64,000 nt of DNA from Spirochaetia bacterium (GCA_963662265.2 CAXXHA010000013.1:108110-172109), one strand, 5' to 3'. Positions 49,300 through 60,418 are shown, counted from the first letter of the stretch. Program-made: numbers and translations. The notes: generated from the letters alone by a model not told the origin.

Positions 49300-49983
49300 C
49301 TACTGATAGATGTCTGATGATGCGTTTTTGAAATTAAGAATTTTCCAGTTTTTCTGTTTTGCAAGAAACTTGAGCCTGATATCAGGATTTGTTGCTACAG
49401 GATTTCCCACTACTTCGAGAAGAGGCCTGTCGTGGATACTGTCTGAATAAAATGAGGTTTTTTCAAGATCTATTTTATTATCTTCAGCATAATCAAGGAA
49501 AAGCTTTCTTTTCTCATTTCTGAAAACCGGTATTCCGTCAAAGCATCCTTTACATATATTGTTTTCAAATGCGAAACGTGTGGCAATTATCTCTTTAATA
49601 CCGAGGTAATCTGCAAGAGGTTTCAGTATTATTTCCATTGATGAAGAGGCTATTATTATTCTTTTCCCCTCATCCTTGAGTTTTTTTATGTAATCAACCG
49701 CGCCCGGATAGATTGACGGTTTTATGTATTTGATGAAATTTTCCTGCGCTATGTCATCAAGGAATTCCCTTTTTACGCCGAGGAGCTCAGGAATTTTCCT
49801 GTTGAAATGTTTCTCATGCATTTTCCCGAATTTATAATTCAGGCATACAATCGGAACTGATTTGAGTATTGAGATTGGCAGGTAATTTTTCTTGATCAGA
49901 AGCATCAGGTAGCTGATAGCTGTCGATTTTTTTGTAATCGTATGATCAACATCGAATAATTCGGTTAATGTATTTCTATCCAT
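49300..49983 (-). CDS. HAD-IB family hydrolase (SerB-like)
   Basis: FDVDHT, IASSS, FYSDSIHDRPLLEVVGNPVATNPD. Confidence 0.88.
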   Translation of the reverse strand: MDRNTLTELFDVDHTITKKSTAISYLMLLIKKNYLPISILKSVPIVCLNYKFGKMHEKHFNRKIPELLGVKREFLDDIAQENFIKYIKPSIYPGAVDYIKKLKDEGKRIIIASSSMEIILKPLADYLGIKEIIATRFAFENNICKGCFDGIPVFRNEKRKLFLDYAEDNKIDLEKTSFYSDSIHDRPLLEVVGNPVATNPDIRLKFLAKQKNWKILNFKNASSDIYQ

Positions 49984-50124
49984 AACTGAAAATACAGCAT
50001 ACTGAAAAATTGGAATTAAGGCAAGAAATTTGATTTAATTTATTGTAAAATGGGCAGAATTCGGGCTTCCTGCATGAATTATTGCTATAATTTTGAACAG
50101 GATTATTATATCTGTTATATATAG

Positions 50125-51801
50125 TTACCACAGTTCTATATGATACTTGTAACCCTGTTCTGTAAGGAACTTCTGCCTGTTTGCAGAGAATTCCTCCTCA
50201 ACAGTGTAATGGGAAACAATGCTGTAAAAGTAGGCATTTTTCTCCTTGGGCCTGAGTATTCTTCCAAGCCTCTGCGCCTCCTCCTGCCTTGAACCGAAAC
50301 TTCCTGAAATCTGTATTGCAACAGAAGCATCGGGAAGGTCTATTGCGAAGTTTGCAACCTTGGATACTATGATTACCCTGTTCTTTCCGTCCCTGAAAGA
50401 CTGGAATATTTTCTCCCTCTCCTTGTTGGGGGTCTGCCCTGTAATTATAGGAACATTGAGAAGTTCCTGCATTTTTTTAAGCTGGGATATATACTGCCCG
50501 ATTACAAGAATTGAATCTTCCGGGTGGTTTTCTATCAGTTCCTTTACTATCGCATATTTTGCCGGGTTTTCCGCCGCAAGACGGAATTTATCCCTCCTGT
50601 CTGCAACAGCGTATGGTATTTCAAGGTTCTCCGGCAGCTCTGCCCGGATTTCGAAGCAGTTTGCCTCTGCGATCCATCCCTTTGCCTGAAGTTCCTTCCA
50701 CGGGCAGTCGTAACGCTTCGGTCCCACAAGCGAGAATACATCAGCTTCCCTGCCGTCTTCCCTGATAAGTGTCGCTGTCAAGCCTACACGGCTTATTGCC
50801 TGAATTTCCGCTGTTACCCTGAATACAGGGGCAGGCAGCAGGTGCACCTCATCATATACAATCAGCCCCCAGTTGTTTTTCCTGAATATATCAAAATGGG
50901 GAAAGTCGGATTTTTTATCCGGCCTCCAAGTGAGTATCTGGTATGTTGCAATTGTGACAGGCTTTATCTCTTTCCTGTCGCCTGAATATTCTCCAATCTG
51001 ATCTTCTGTAAGGTTTGTCTTGTCGAGAAGCTCATCCTTCCACTGGTGAACAGCCGCAATATTTGTTGTGATTATCAGTGTGTTTGTCTTGTAGATATCC
51101 ATTATTGTCATGCCTACTACTGTTTTTCCCGATCCGCAGGCAAGCACTATTGTTCCGAAGCCGTTTCCCGGTTTTCCCTCTCCGTGGAAAGTGTCTGCTG
51201 CTTCCTGCTGATAATCCCTTACACTGAAATCATAGCCGGAAAGTGTTCTTTCCCTGAGTGTTATGTCGAGGGGGTCTCCCTTTACAAGAGGCACTTCATC
51301 CTTTACAGGATACCCTGAGTTTATAAGCTCCTGCTTTATTGTTCCCCTGTCAACAAGCTTCATAAGGAATGTATTTTTTAAAGCTGTGGGAAGCAGTATT
51401 TTCTGGAGTTTTTTTATTGACTTTATCTCGCTGTAGAGCCTCTCCTCTGATGTTTTCAAGAGCAGTTCATAGGGATCATCGGTGGGAATGAGCCTTATTT
51501 TACCGAAAAGGCCGGCGCTCTCTGTGATCCTGAATTTCACATTCTCAGGTATTTCGAATTTCGACCATTTTTCAAGTTTTTTAATCATCTCGGAAGGGGT
51601 CACCCCGACGGATGCCGCATTCCAGAGCGAGATTGATGAGAGCCTGTATGTATGCATGTGTTCCGGAGATTTTTCAAGCTCGGCAAAGACAGATATATCG
51701 CTCCTTGCATCTTCGAAAGCAGGATTATGAACATCCAGAAGCATTGAGCCGTCACTTTGTACAATGATTGGTCTGAGATCCTGGTTACTTTTATCTGCCA
51801 T
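50125..51801 (-). CDS. Bacterial XPB/Ssl2-type DNA helicase
   Basis: FAELEKSPEHMHTY, ACGSGKT, DEVH, GLTAT, SRQEEAQRLGRILR. Confidence 0.92.
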   Translation of the reverse strand: MADKSNQDLRPIIVQSDGSMLLDVHNPAFEDARSDISVFAELEKSPEHMHTYRLSSISLWNAASVGVTPSEMIKKLEKWSKFEIPENVKFRITESAGLFGKIRLIPTDDPYELLLKTSEERLYSEIKSIKKLQKILLPTALKNTFLMKLVDRGTIKQELINSGYPVKDEVPLVKGDPLDITLRERTLSGYDFSVRDYQQEAADTFHGEGKPGNGFGTIVLACGSGKTVVGMTIMDIYKTNTLIITTNIAAVHQWKDELLDKTNLTEDQIGEYSGDRKEIKPVTIATYQILTWRPDKKSDFPHFDIFRKNNWGLIVYDEVHLLPAPVFRVTAEIQAISRVGLTATLIREDGREADVFSLVGPKRYDCPWKELQAKGWIAEANCFEIRAELPENLEIPYAVADRRDKFRLAAENPAKYAIVKELIENHPEDSILVIGQYISQLKKMQELLNVPIITGQTPNKEREKIFQSFRDGKNRVIIVSKVANFAIDLPDASVAIQISGSFGSRQEEAQRLGRILRPKEKNAYFYSIVSHYTVEEEFSANRQKFLTEQGYKYHIELW

Positions 51802-51983
51802 TCTATATCTGTCCTGTTATAATAATGAATTGTTTTGAGCATGAGCTGCTAAATATTCAGCAGTTTTTATACATGCAACAGTCTGATTAAAATATTTTTT
51901 TATAATTATGTCAAAGGCTTTGACCCTCTTTTATTGATGAGATCTTGTAACATCTCCCGATAGAATATAAAATCTTCAATGTT

Positions 51984-53261
51984 ATGTTAGATATCAGATT
52001 TATTAAAGAAAACCTTGATGCGGTAAAGGATAATATAAAAAACCGTAATATGAATGCAGATGCAGATCTTGCTGTATCTCTCTATGATGAAAAGAATGCT
52101 CTTCAGCAGGAGCTTGATGCTTTCAGGCAGAAAAGAAACGAAAATGCCAGGAAAATGAAAGGAAAGCTTGAGCAGGATGAAAGAACTGCTCTTATTGAAG
52201 AGGGAAAACTTCTGAAGGAAAAAATTGCTGAAACTGAAAAGGCATTTACTGAAAAAGATGCAGCTTTCAGGGAAGCAATTATGACAATTCCGAACATGGC
52301 TCATCCCGATGTCCCTGTAGGAAAAGAGGATAAGGATAACCTTGAGATAAAAAGATCAGGCAGTATCCCTGAATTCAGCTATAAATTCAAAGATCATGTA
52401 GAGCTTACTTCAGAACTTGACCTTGTCGATTTTGATACAGCAACAAGAGTATCCGGAACAAAATTCTACTATCTTAAAAATGAAGCAGTTATTCTTGATA
52501 TGGCTCTTACAAGATACACTCTTGATATTCTTCAGAAGAAGGGATTTACCCTTGTCCAGACTCCTGATATTGCCAGAGAGGAAATTGCAGAAGGTATCGG
52601 GTTCAACCCGAGAGGCGAAGAAAGCAATATCTACACACTTGAAGGTACAGGAACATGTCTTGTAGGTACAGCAGAGATTACTCTTGGCGGATATCATGCA
52701 GGCAAGACTCTTAACCCGGAAGATCTTCCTATCAAGATGGCGGGGATTTCTCACTGCTTCAGAAGAGAGGCAGGAGCTGCAGGTAAATTCTCAAAAGGTC
52801 TTTTCAGAGTACACCAGTTTACAAAGGTGGAAATGTTTGTCTACTGTACTCCTGATAAATCAGACGAAATGCATGAGTATATCAGGGAAACAGAGGAAGA
52901 GATTTTCCAGGGGCTTGAAATTCCATACAGGGTAGTTGATACATGTTCAGGAGACCTCGGAGCATCTGCATACAGAAAATACGATCTTGAAGCATGGATG
53001 CCTGGAAGAGGAGAAAGCGGAGACTGGGGGGAAATTACAAGTACTTCAAACTGTACAGACTACCAGTCAAGAAGACTCGGAATCAAATATAAAACTGATG
53101 ATGGCAATAAGTTTGTTCATATGCTTAACGGTACTGCAATGGCATTATCAAGAGCAATGATTGCTGTTATAGAAAACAATCAGCAGGAAGACGGGTCAAT
53201 CCTGATTCCAAAGGCTCTTGTTCCATATACAGGTTTTGACAGGATCAAACCTGCAGAATAG
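51984..53261 (+). CDS. serS: Serine--tRNA ligase
   Basis: MLDIRFI, GTAE, FRREAG, GLFRVHQF, SNCTDYQSRR, HMLNGT. Confidence 0.97.
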   Translation: MLDIRFIKENLDAVKDNIKNRNMNADADLAVSLYDEKNALQQELDAFRQKRNENARKMKGKLEQDERTALIEEGKLLKEKIAETEKAFTEKDAAFREAIMTIPNMAHPDVPVGKEDKDNLEIKRSGSIPEFSYKFKDHVELTSELDLVDFDTATRVSGTKFYYLKNEAVILDMALTRYTLDILQKKGFTLVQTPDIAREEIAEGIGFNPRGEESNIYTLEGTGTCLVGTAEITLGGYHAGKTLNPEDLPIKMAGISHCFRREAGAAGKFSKGLFRVHQFTKVEMFVYCTPDKSDEMHEYIRETEEEIFQGLEIPYRVVDTCSGDLGASAYRKYDLEAWMPGRGESGDWGEITSTSNCTDYQSRRLGIKYKTDDGNKFVHMLNGTAMALSRAMIAVIENNQQEDGSILIPKALVPYTGFDRIKPAE

Positions 53262-53275
53262 ATTTGTCTGATATT

Positions 53276-53313
53276 AATCCGGAATGCCTGTTTGCAGATG
53301 TTCCGGATTTTTT
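53276..53313 (+). terminator. Terminator after serS
   Basis: aatccggaa/ttccggatt stem plus T run. Confidence 0.7.
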
Positions 53314-53583
53314 ATATGCAGGTCGGGTCTGATACCCCGACGCTTGCCAAAAATGAGTACCCACCGGAACTGGTGGCAAAGGGGATGTTTATTATATATG
53401 CATGGCTGCAGTGTTTTTCATGTTACCATGTTCCGGCATCTGTTTCTGATTAACAGTTGAAATTCTGCGGGATATCCAGTATCCACGGCATTCATGCTAC
53501 ATGAGATATATTATCCTTTTTGTGCAGAAGTTATGCCGGTTTGCATCAGCACTGATAATAATTTTATTACGAGGAGAATGGTT

Positions 53584-54537
53584 ATGAATATAGTAGTTAT
53601 AGAACCTATAGCTGTTTCTGATTCTGTAATGGAAAAATTCAGAAAGGAATATGAGGCTGAAGGCCATGTTTTCACTGTATATAACGACAGGAACGAGGAT
53701 CCTGATGTCCTGATAGAGCGGGGCAGGGATGCCGATGTAATTGTTCTTACAAACCTCCCTTTTCCGAAAAAAGTGATAGATGGGTGTAAAAATCTCAAGA
53801 TGCTTACTGTAGGATTTACCGGTGTTGATCATATTGATATAGATGCATGCAGGGAAAGAGGCATTGTTGTTTCAAATGCTGCAGGATACAGCACAGATTC
53901 TGTTGCAGAACTTGTTATTGCCCATATACTCATGAAGCTGAGGAATCTTATCGAGTGCGATGAGGCTGTGAGGAACAGCGAGACAAGGGCAGGGCTTGTA
54001 GGCAACACACTTAAAGGTAAGACTCTCGGTATTGTTGGAACCGGTGCGATCGGGCTCAGGGTAGCAGAGATTGCCGCTGTGTTCGGATGCCGTCTTCTGG
54101 GCTGGAGCAGGAGCAAAAGGGATGAAGCTGTCAGGATGGGTATTGAGTATGTTGAACTTGATGAGCTTTTCAGTGAAAGTGATATTATATCACTTCATGT
54201 ACCGCTTAATGCTGAAACAAAAAACCTTGTCAGCAGTTCGCTCATCTCGAAGATGAAAAGCAGTTCAATACTTGTGAATGCTGCAAGGGGAGCTGTTGTT
54301 GACAGTGAATCTCTTGCCGATGCTCTTAACAGCGGAAAAATCAGGGGTGCATGTATAGATGTTTTTGAGACAGAGCCTCCTATAGATGCTGAGCATCCGC
54401 TTCTTAATGCAGACGGGGCAATTCTTGCGCCTCATGTTGCATTTGCGACAGAAGAGTCATTTTTACTGAGAGCTGATATTGTTTTCAGCAATATTAAATC
54501 ATGGCTGGGGGGAAGCCCTGTAAACAGGATAGTCTGA
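53584..54537 (+). CDS. D-isomer-specific 2-hydroxyacid dehydrogenase
   Basis: TGVDHID, GIVGTGAIG, SLHVPL, VNAARG, DVFETEPP, PHVA; GAGGAG RBS. Confidence 0.9.
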   Translation: MNIVVIEPIAVSDSVMEKFRKEYEAEGHVFTVYNDRNEDPDVLIERGRDADVIVLTNLPFPKKVIDGCKNLKMLTVGFTGVDHIDIDACRERGIVVSNAAGYSTDSVAELVIAHILMKLRNLIECDEAVRNSETRAGLVGNTLKGKTLGIVGTGAIGLRVAEIAAVFGCRLLGWSRSKRDEAVRMGIEYVELDELFSESDIISLHVPLNAETKNLVSSSLISKMKSSSILVNAARGAVVDSESLADALNSGKIRGACIDVFETEPPIDAEHPLLNADGAILAPHVAFATEESFLLRADIVFSNIKSWLGGSPVNRIV

Positions 54538-54705
54538 TAAACAGCAATACTGCTGCAGAAACTGAATCCGGTGGTTGAGCTCCTTCTTTTACAGGTGTTG
54601 CACGGAATCCAGGGGAATAAGTACCTGAAATTTTCAGAAGAGCTGCAGTCAGTTTGTGAGAGGAGATGGTAAATTGATTTTACTGCTCCCGGGAAGAATA
54701 TAATA

Positions 54706-56568
54706 ATGAAAGAAAAAAACCGTCTTGAAGATATACTTGAAAAACTGAATTACGATTCCGGCAGGAGATCTGCATCTCCGCATGGACGGTTTGGACTCTG
54801 GAAAAAGAGACGGGCTGTCTGGAAGACTGGTGAGGAGAGTCCTTTTAAATATGAGGATATTACACGCAGGGAGATCGGAACTACCGACTGGACCAGGATA
54901 TGGTTTTCTCTTTTCATAGGTCTTGTCTGCGGGTTTGTCGGGGTTCTTTTCAAAGCTGCTGTTGTCCAGCTGGGGCGGTTTACATATCTTGCAGCTTTAG
55001 GCGACAAGGATGCCTATTATACCCTGCCTTTATGGAGTATTCTTCTTATTCTTCCGCTGGTTACTCTTGTTTCAGCCTGGATTGTATCAAGATTTGCACC
55101 GGATGCGGCAGGGACAGGAAGTTCCACATATATCAATTCCTTTCATTTTAAAAATGCTTTGATAAAACCTGTAACAACAGTTGTGAAATTCTTTTCTTCA
55201 AGTTCAATTCTCGGATGCGGAACATCCGGCGGATTTGAAGGACCTATCGTACTGATTGGATCCGGGACAGCTTCCTGGCTTTCAAAGAAATTTAAATTTT
55301 CCAGAAAAGACAGTCATATATATATGGTTACAGGCGCTGCCGCAGGTATTGCCTCTGTATTCCAGGCTCCGCTCGGGGGGGCGCTTACAAGTATCGAGAT
55401 GCTCTACAGGGAGGACTATGAAACAAGAGCCCTTGTTCCTGCTTTACTGGCATCTGTAACAGGTTTTTTTGTAGCAACATGCCTGGGCGGCCAGAGCTTT
55501 ATAATCCAGAGCCTTGAATACAGCTTTGAGGGAATACAGGAAATTCCCGCATATATTATTCTGACCTTTCTGTGCTCAGGTGCGGGATGGCTTCTTGTAA
55601 AAATTTTTGATATTTTCAAGACTGCTGCTGATAAATCTCCGATTCCCAACTTTCTTTTTCCGTTTTTCGGAGCAATAGGGGTGGCTCTTCTGGGATTTGT
55701 TTTCCCCCATGTGCTGGGTCCCCGTTTTTCCATTCTCATGGATGTCCTGAATGACCATCCTGGGGTGTTTATAATCTTTGCCATATTTGCCCTTAAACTT
55801 GCTGCTACCTGCTTTGCGATAGGTACCGGCGGTTCAGGCGGTGTATTCGGGCCTTCCCTTCTTATAGGTGGACTCCTGGGAATAGGTGCGTCAAATCTCC
55901 TTTCAGCACTTAACTTCCCTCTGCCTGTACCTTCCCCTGAAGCAATGATGCTGGTGGGAATGGCTGGGTTTTTTGCAGCTGTATCAAAAGCCCCGTTCGG
56001 ATCTGTGATAATGGTATGCGAGATTGCCGGAACATTTAAGCTTCTTCCCCCTCTTCTCATTGTATGTCTTACAACAATAGTTCTTACAAAAAGCTTTACA
56101 ATCTACAAGACACAGGTTGAAAACAGGTTCAAGTCGCCAGCTCACAGCAACAAGCTTGAAGAGCGTTTTCTTGCAGGAATGCTTGTCTATGATTTCATGG
56201 AGAACAAGATACCTGTCGAAGTCTCTGATACTTCTACAATTGGCGATCTTGTCGAAGACCTGAAAGGCAATGAAGGAAGTTTTCCCCTTGTTATCAAGGA
56301 CAGGAAAAACAGGATCAAGGGGCTTGTTAAACTTGAAAAACTTATTGACTACAAGTATGTAATGGAATATCCGAAAGCAACATCAATAATGAAGGTTGCA
56401 GACCCTGCCGCATATGTGCTTCCGGGGGATGACCTTCAGGCTGCATCAATGAAGATGCTTGAATACAGCTATGACAGAATACCTGTAGTTTCCCCGACAG
56501 ATTCTACAAAGATTGTAGGAAGAATCAACAGGCAGGATATTTTCAAGCTCTATGCAAAGATGAGATAA
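54706..56568 (+). CDS. ClC-family chloride channel/antiporter with CBS domains
   Basis: AAGTG, GFEGP (gating Glu), FQAPLGG, GGVFGP, C-terminal CBS (RIPVV). Confidence 0.9.
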   Translation: MKEKNRLEDILEKLNYDSGRRSASPHGRFGLWKKRRAVWKTGEESPFKYEDITRREIGTTDWTRIWFSLFIGLVCGFVGVLFKAAVVQLGRFTYLAALGDKDAYYTLPLWSILLILPLVTLVSAWIVSRFAPDAAGTGSSTYINSFHFKNALIKPVTTVVKFFSSSSILGCGTSGGFEGPIVLIGSGTASWLSKKFKFSRKDSHIYMVTGAAAGIASVFQAPLGGALTSIEMLYREDYETRALVPALLASVTGFFVATCLGGQSFIIQSLEYSFEGIQEIPAYIILTFLCSGAGWLLVKIFDIFKTAADKSPIPNFLFPFFGAIGVALLGFVFPHVLGPRFSILMDVLNDHPGVFIIFAIFALKLAATCFAIGTGGSGGVFGPSLLIGGLLGIGASNLLSALNFPLPVPSPEAMMLVGMAGFFAAVSKAPFGSVIMVCEIAGTFKLLPPLLIVCLTTIVLTKSFTIYKTQVENRFKSPAHSNKLEERFLAGMLVYDFMENKIPVEVSDTSTIGDLVEDLKGNEGSFPLVIKDRKNRIKGLVKLEKLIDYKYVMEYPKATSIMKVADPAAYVLPGDDLQAASMKMLEYSYDRIPVVSPTDSTKIVGRINRQDIFKLYAKMR

Positions 56569-56752
56569 TTTTAATTTTTTGTTATAATTTCCCATTATTG
56601 ATGATTCCTGTTGCCGGTATAATTCTTATTATTATATAATCATGTAAAATAAAATTCTAATTTTTTCCAGGCAGGCAATAGGAAAAGACTTTAGCCTGCC
56701 CGGGAAGAGATGAACAATAAAATTATACAAAGTGTAGGCAGGGGATAAATAA

Positions 56753-57556
56753 TTGATTTTAAAAGCAGTAATTCTCGGAATCATAGAAGGGCTGACAGAG
56801 TTCCTTCCTGTATCTTCCACAGGACATCTTATAATTGCAAACCGGTTTTTCAGCTTCGAAGGCTCCTTTGAAGCAATGTTTAATATTGTAATCCAGTTCG
56901 GAGCAATACTTGCAGTTGTTTTTTACTTCAGGAAAGAGATATTTCCTTCCGGCCTGAAAAGGGGCACTGAATTGAAGGAGGATCCTGAAGTCAAGAGAGT
57001 TGTGAATCTCTGGAAGAAGATTATCATAGGATTCCTCCCTGCAGCTGTGATCGGAGTAATGATTGATGAAATAATGGAGAAATACCTGTTCAATACAATG
57101 AGTGTTTCTATTGCTCTTATTACCGGAGCTGTTCTCATAATAATTTCTGAGAGGAGAAAGCATTCCCTTTCCACAGAAACACCAGAGGAAATCACAGTAA
57201 AGCAGGCGCTCATCGTAGGATTTTTCCAGTGCCTTGCAATGTGGCCCGGCATGTCGCGGTCAGCATCCACTATTATCGGGGGGCTTTTCTGCGGATTCAA
57301 CAGAAGGCTTGCTGCCGAATTCTCATTCTTTCTGGGCATCCCCACAATAATGGGCGCATCAGTCTACAAGCTTATGAAGACAGGTCTTGTCTTTACATCC
57401 CTGGAATGGATGACTATTGCTGTCGGTACTGTGGTATCATTCTTTGTTGCTCTTGTAGTGGTTAAATTCTTCATGAATTACCTGAAAAAGAAAGGACTCA
57501 TGCCATTTGCAGTCTACAGGATAGCGCTCGGGGCTGTGATACTGCTAACAATGTAG
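56753..57556 (+). CDS. uppP: Undecaprenyl-diphosphatase
   Basis: EGLTEFLPVSSTGH, IQFGAILA, PGMSRSASTI, AEFSFFL. Confidence 0.95.
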   Translation: MILKAVILGIIEGLTEFLPVSSTGHLIIANRFFSFEGSFEAMFNIVIQFGAILAVVFYFRKEIFPSGLKRGTELKEDPEVKRVVNLWKKIIIGFLPAAVIGVMIDEIMEKYLFNTMSVSIALITGAVLIIISERRKHSLSTETPEEITVKQALIVGFFQCLAMWPGMSRSASTIIGGLFCGFNRRLAAEFSFFLGIPTIMGASVYKLMKTGLVFTSLEWMTIAVGTVVSFFVALVVVKFFMNYLKKKGLMPFAVYRIALGAVILLTM

Positions 57557-57675
57557 TACTTCTGGAAAGAGAAAATTAATAACAGCAGGGTATTTTTTAT
57601 TTTAATGTTTTTCTGCATGATAATTATTATTGGGTTTTAAAATATTTAAGTAATTGCGGATGCCGGAGATAAATA

Positions 57676-58905
57676 TTACCTGCTGTAAAAAACATAAACA
57701 AGATTGTCAGATCCCGGGGGGATATCACTATTTTTATATTCTGTTATTTCCCCTTTTGCCGCATTTTTTGATGACGAGGTGATAATTCCTTTTGCAATTT
57801 CAGTTTCAACACCGTTTTTATCTCTCTTCCTTATAAAAAACAGGGAATTTTTTTGCAGAATTCTACCGGACAAAGGTTCAATGGATATATTGTTTTTGTT
57901 TACAGCAGCAATAAGCCCGAAGAGAATTAAACCTTCTTCTGTATCTTTGTATACGATATTTGCTGTGTTTTCTTTTTTCTCATGTAAAGATAATTGCTGA
58001 TTATTTGATTCGATATATTTTTTCATGAATTCTATCGTATTCAGGATCAGGGGTTTTCTCTTTGAAATTTCAGGCAGATCCTGATTGGATTCCGAAAAAA
58101 TCAGGGTTTCCAGTTTTTCAATCCCTTTTTCTGCTTTATCAAACCTCGTTTCATCAATATTCCGGAAAATATTTTTTTGAAGTGATATTACCTCATTGGT
58201 AACTGAATTCTGTCTCTTTATGAAATTCTGGTATTCTGTAAGGTTTTCAAGAGCCAGTGTGGGATTATTGAAACTGTCAGAAGTCTCAATTGTTTTCTTC
58301 CTGTTTTTTATCTCTTTTACAAGTTTTTCCCTTTTTCTGCTTTCATCGTTTAAAATAATATTTGTCTTATTTTTTTTCTGTTCAATTAGTTTTATTTCCT
58401 TGTTCAGCTCAGATATTGTCATTCCTGAATATTCAGAATAACTGTCATTTATAATCTCGATTTCTTTACCTGTGATTTTCATATCAAGGATAGCTTTTAA
58501 AATATTCAGCTGTTTATCATATTCAGTCAGCTGTGTTTTAAAACCTTCTATTTCTCGGTCTTTCTGCCTGATTTTTTTTTCAGATTCAATTATAAATATT
58601 CGCAGTAATTTGGATTCCATGTTGTTTTGATTTGCAGTTTCTGTGTTTAAATCAATTATGTCAGCTTTGAATATATTATTTGAAATAAAAATGATGCCGA
58701 TTGTGAATATTATCAATAAAAGGATTACTGTGAAAGGAAACATTAGGCCTGTTTTCTTTGATTCGAATATCAGGTTTTTGCTGTCTGTCTGATCTTTGCC
58801 GAGAATATCATTGTCTATCTGTTTAAGTATTTTTTCTTTTTCTTCTTCCGGAAGAACTATATTATGATAATTACTATCTGGCAGATCTTCTGAAATATCA
58901 TTCAT
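57676..58905 (-). CDS. Single-pass membrane protein with long coiled coil and C-terminal beta domain
   Basis: One TM (FPFTVILLLIIFTIGIIFI), E/K/Q/L-rich helices, GGAGG RBS. Confidence 0.7.
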   Translation of the reverse strand: MNDISEDLPDSNYHNIVLPEEEKEKILKQIDNDILGKDQTDSKNLIFESKKTGLMFPFTVILLLIIFTIGIIFISNNIFKADIIDLNTETANQNNMESKLLRIFIIESEKKIRQKDREIEGFKTQLTEYDKQLNILKAILDMKITGKEIEIINDSYSEYSGMTISELNKEIKLIEQKKNKTNIILNDESRKREKLVKEIKNRKKTIETSDSFNNPTLALENLTEYQNFIKRQNSVTNEVISLQKNIFRNIDETRFDKAEKGIEKLETLIFSESNQDLPEISKRKPLILNTIEFMKKYIESNNQQLSLHEKKENTANIVYKDTEEGLILFGLIAAVNKNNISIEPLSGRILQKNSLFFIRKRDKNGVETEIAKGIITSSSKNAAKGEITEYKNSDIPPGSDNLVYVFYSR

Positions 58906-58967
58906 AATTCCTCCTGTTGCATATAGAATATGGTTAAAAAATTGTTATAATTGTATCAAATAAATGA

Positions 58968-60416
58968 TTGAATGGTACAGTGTTGAAAACAGAAGAAAAG
59001 AAATATTCCTTCAGCAGGATTAGCCTCAGGTCAAAAGCTCTCCTTGTAATATTGCCGGTCCTACTGTGCAGTTTTATTATCAGCGGGTACCTTTCAGGGA
59101 AAGCTTACAAAAAATCAATTAATAATATTGGAATGCAGTTTACAGTTTTCAAGGCACAGCAGTTTGAAAAATATTCTGATATGCAGTGGAATTTTCTTGT
59201 TGAAAACAAATTATATGAGAATGAAATATTTCTTGATACAGTCAGGGAATCTATCCAGTTATTTTCAGGAAATATGATTAAGAAGAATGATGAAGTAATT
59301 TTTGCAGTTTTTTCAGATGGGAAAATTGCATTTTCCACTGATGAAATTGATATATCCGAAAGTGAAAAAAAATCCCTGATTGATGTTATTCGAAGACAAA
59401 ACTCCGGCTGGGTAGAGGTCTCTGTTTCCGGCATAGACTGGACAGGATACAAGTTTTATTATCCTCCATTCTACTGGCATGTTTTTATACTTGAAAAAAA
59501 CTCCTCGTTTTACAGCATGATGCGGGAAATCAACTTCCAGCATTACCTGATAATGTTCATAAGTTCTGTTGTGGCAGCTTTATTAATATCACTTTTTATA
59601 AAATACCTTACTACTCCGATAAAGAAAGTTGCTGACGGCCTTTCAAATATGGCTGATCTTGATATTAATTCACAACATATTGAAATAGAATATCCTGATG
59701 AAATAGGAGAACTTGCTTATGAATTTAATGTGATGAGTTCCAAACTTGGCAGGTCTTATAAAAAGCTGAGAAAAATTGCCATTAATGAAGCTCTTGCCAG
59801 AAAAAAGGTTTCGTTAAGGGAGTTTGAAACACTCGATGTTCTCGGCCGTGCTTCCGAGTATAAGGATCCGGAAACAGGTGCCCATATTGCCCGAGTAGCT
59901 TACTATTCCAAAATGCTTTCCTCGCTTCTTAATGAAAGCCTGGAAAACCAGGATTTGATTTTCCATGTTGCTCCTCTTCATGATATCGGCAAGCTTGGAA
60001 TTAAGGATTCAATTCTTCTGAAACCGGGAAAACTGACAACTGAAGAATTCAGTGTCATGAAAAAACATACATTAATTGGATATGAGATACTTAAGAATTC
60101 AAACAGTATTTTTCTTCAAAAAGGAGCAGAGATAGCGCTTACTCACCATGAAAAATATGACGGGAGCGGTTATCCTTCAGGGCTTGAAGGGGAGGAGATT
60201 CCGCTTTTCGGCAGGATTGTATGTATTGCCGATGTATTCGATGCTTTGACTTCAAAAAGGTCTTACAAAGAGCCATGGTCATTGAAACAGGCTGCCGAAT
60301 TAATTGAATCGGAAAAAGGAAAGTCTTTTGATCCTGAAATAGCAACACTTTTTCTCGACAACTTTAACACTGTCAAATCAATATATGCTGCGAATCAGGA
60401 GAACGCTGAAGACTGA
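58968..60416 (+). CDS. Membrane sensor-HAMP-HD-GYP c-di-GMP phosphodiesterase (start uncertain)
   Basis: Two TMs, HAMP DEIGELAYEFNVM, KDPETGAH, HDIGK, HHEKYDGSGYP, ADVFDAL. Confidence 0.9.
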   Translation: MNGTVLKTEEKKYSFSRISLRSKALLVILPVLLCSFIISGYLSGKAYKKSINNIGMQFTVFKAQQFEKYSDMQWNFLVENKLYENEIFLDTVRESIQLFSGNMIKKNDEVIFAVFSDGKIAFSTDEIDISESEKKSLIDVIRRQNSGWVEVSVSGIDWTGYKFYYPPFYWHVFILEKNSSFYSMMREINFQHYLIMFISSVVAALLISLFIKYLTTPIKKVADGLSNMADLDINSQHIEIEYPDEIGELAYEFNVMSSKLGRSYKKLRKIAINEALARKKVSLREFETLDVLGRASEYKDPETGAHIARVAYYSKMLSSLLNESLENQDLIFHVAPLHDIGKLGIKDSILLKPGKLTTEEFSVMKKHTLIGYEILKNSNSIFLQKGAEIALTHHEKYDGSGYPSGLEGEEIPLFGRIVCIADVFDALTSKRSYKEPWSLKQAAELIESEKGKSFDPEIATLFLDNFNTVKSIYAANQENAED

Positions 60417-60418
60417 AA

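Noticed and set aside
50125-51801. XPB helicase as a eukaryotic transfer or defence gene
   Set aside because: Bacterial XPB is established in spirochaetes and actinobacteria; no nuclease or defence partner is adjacent
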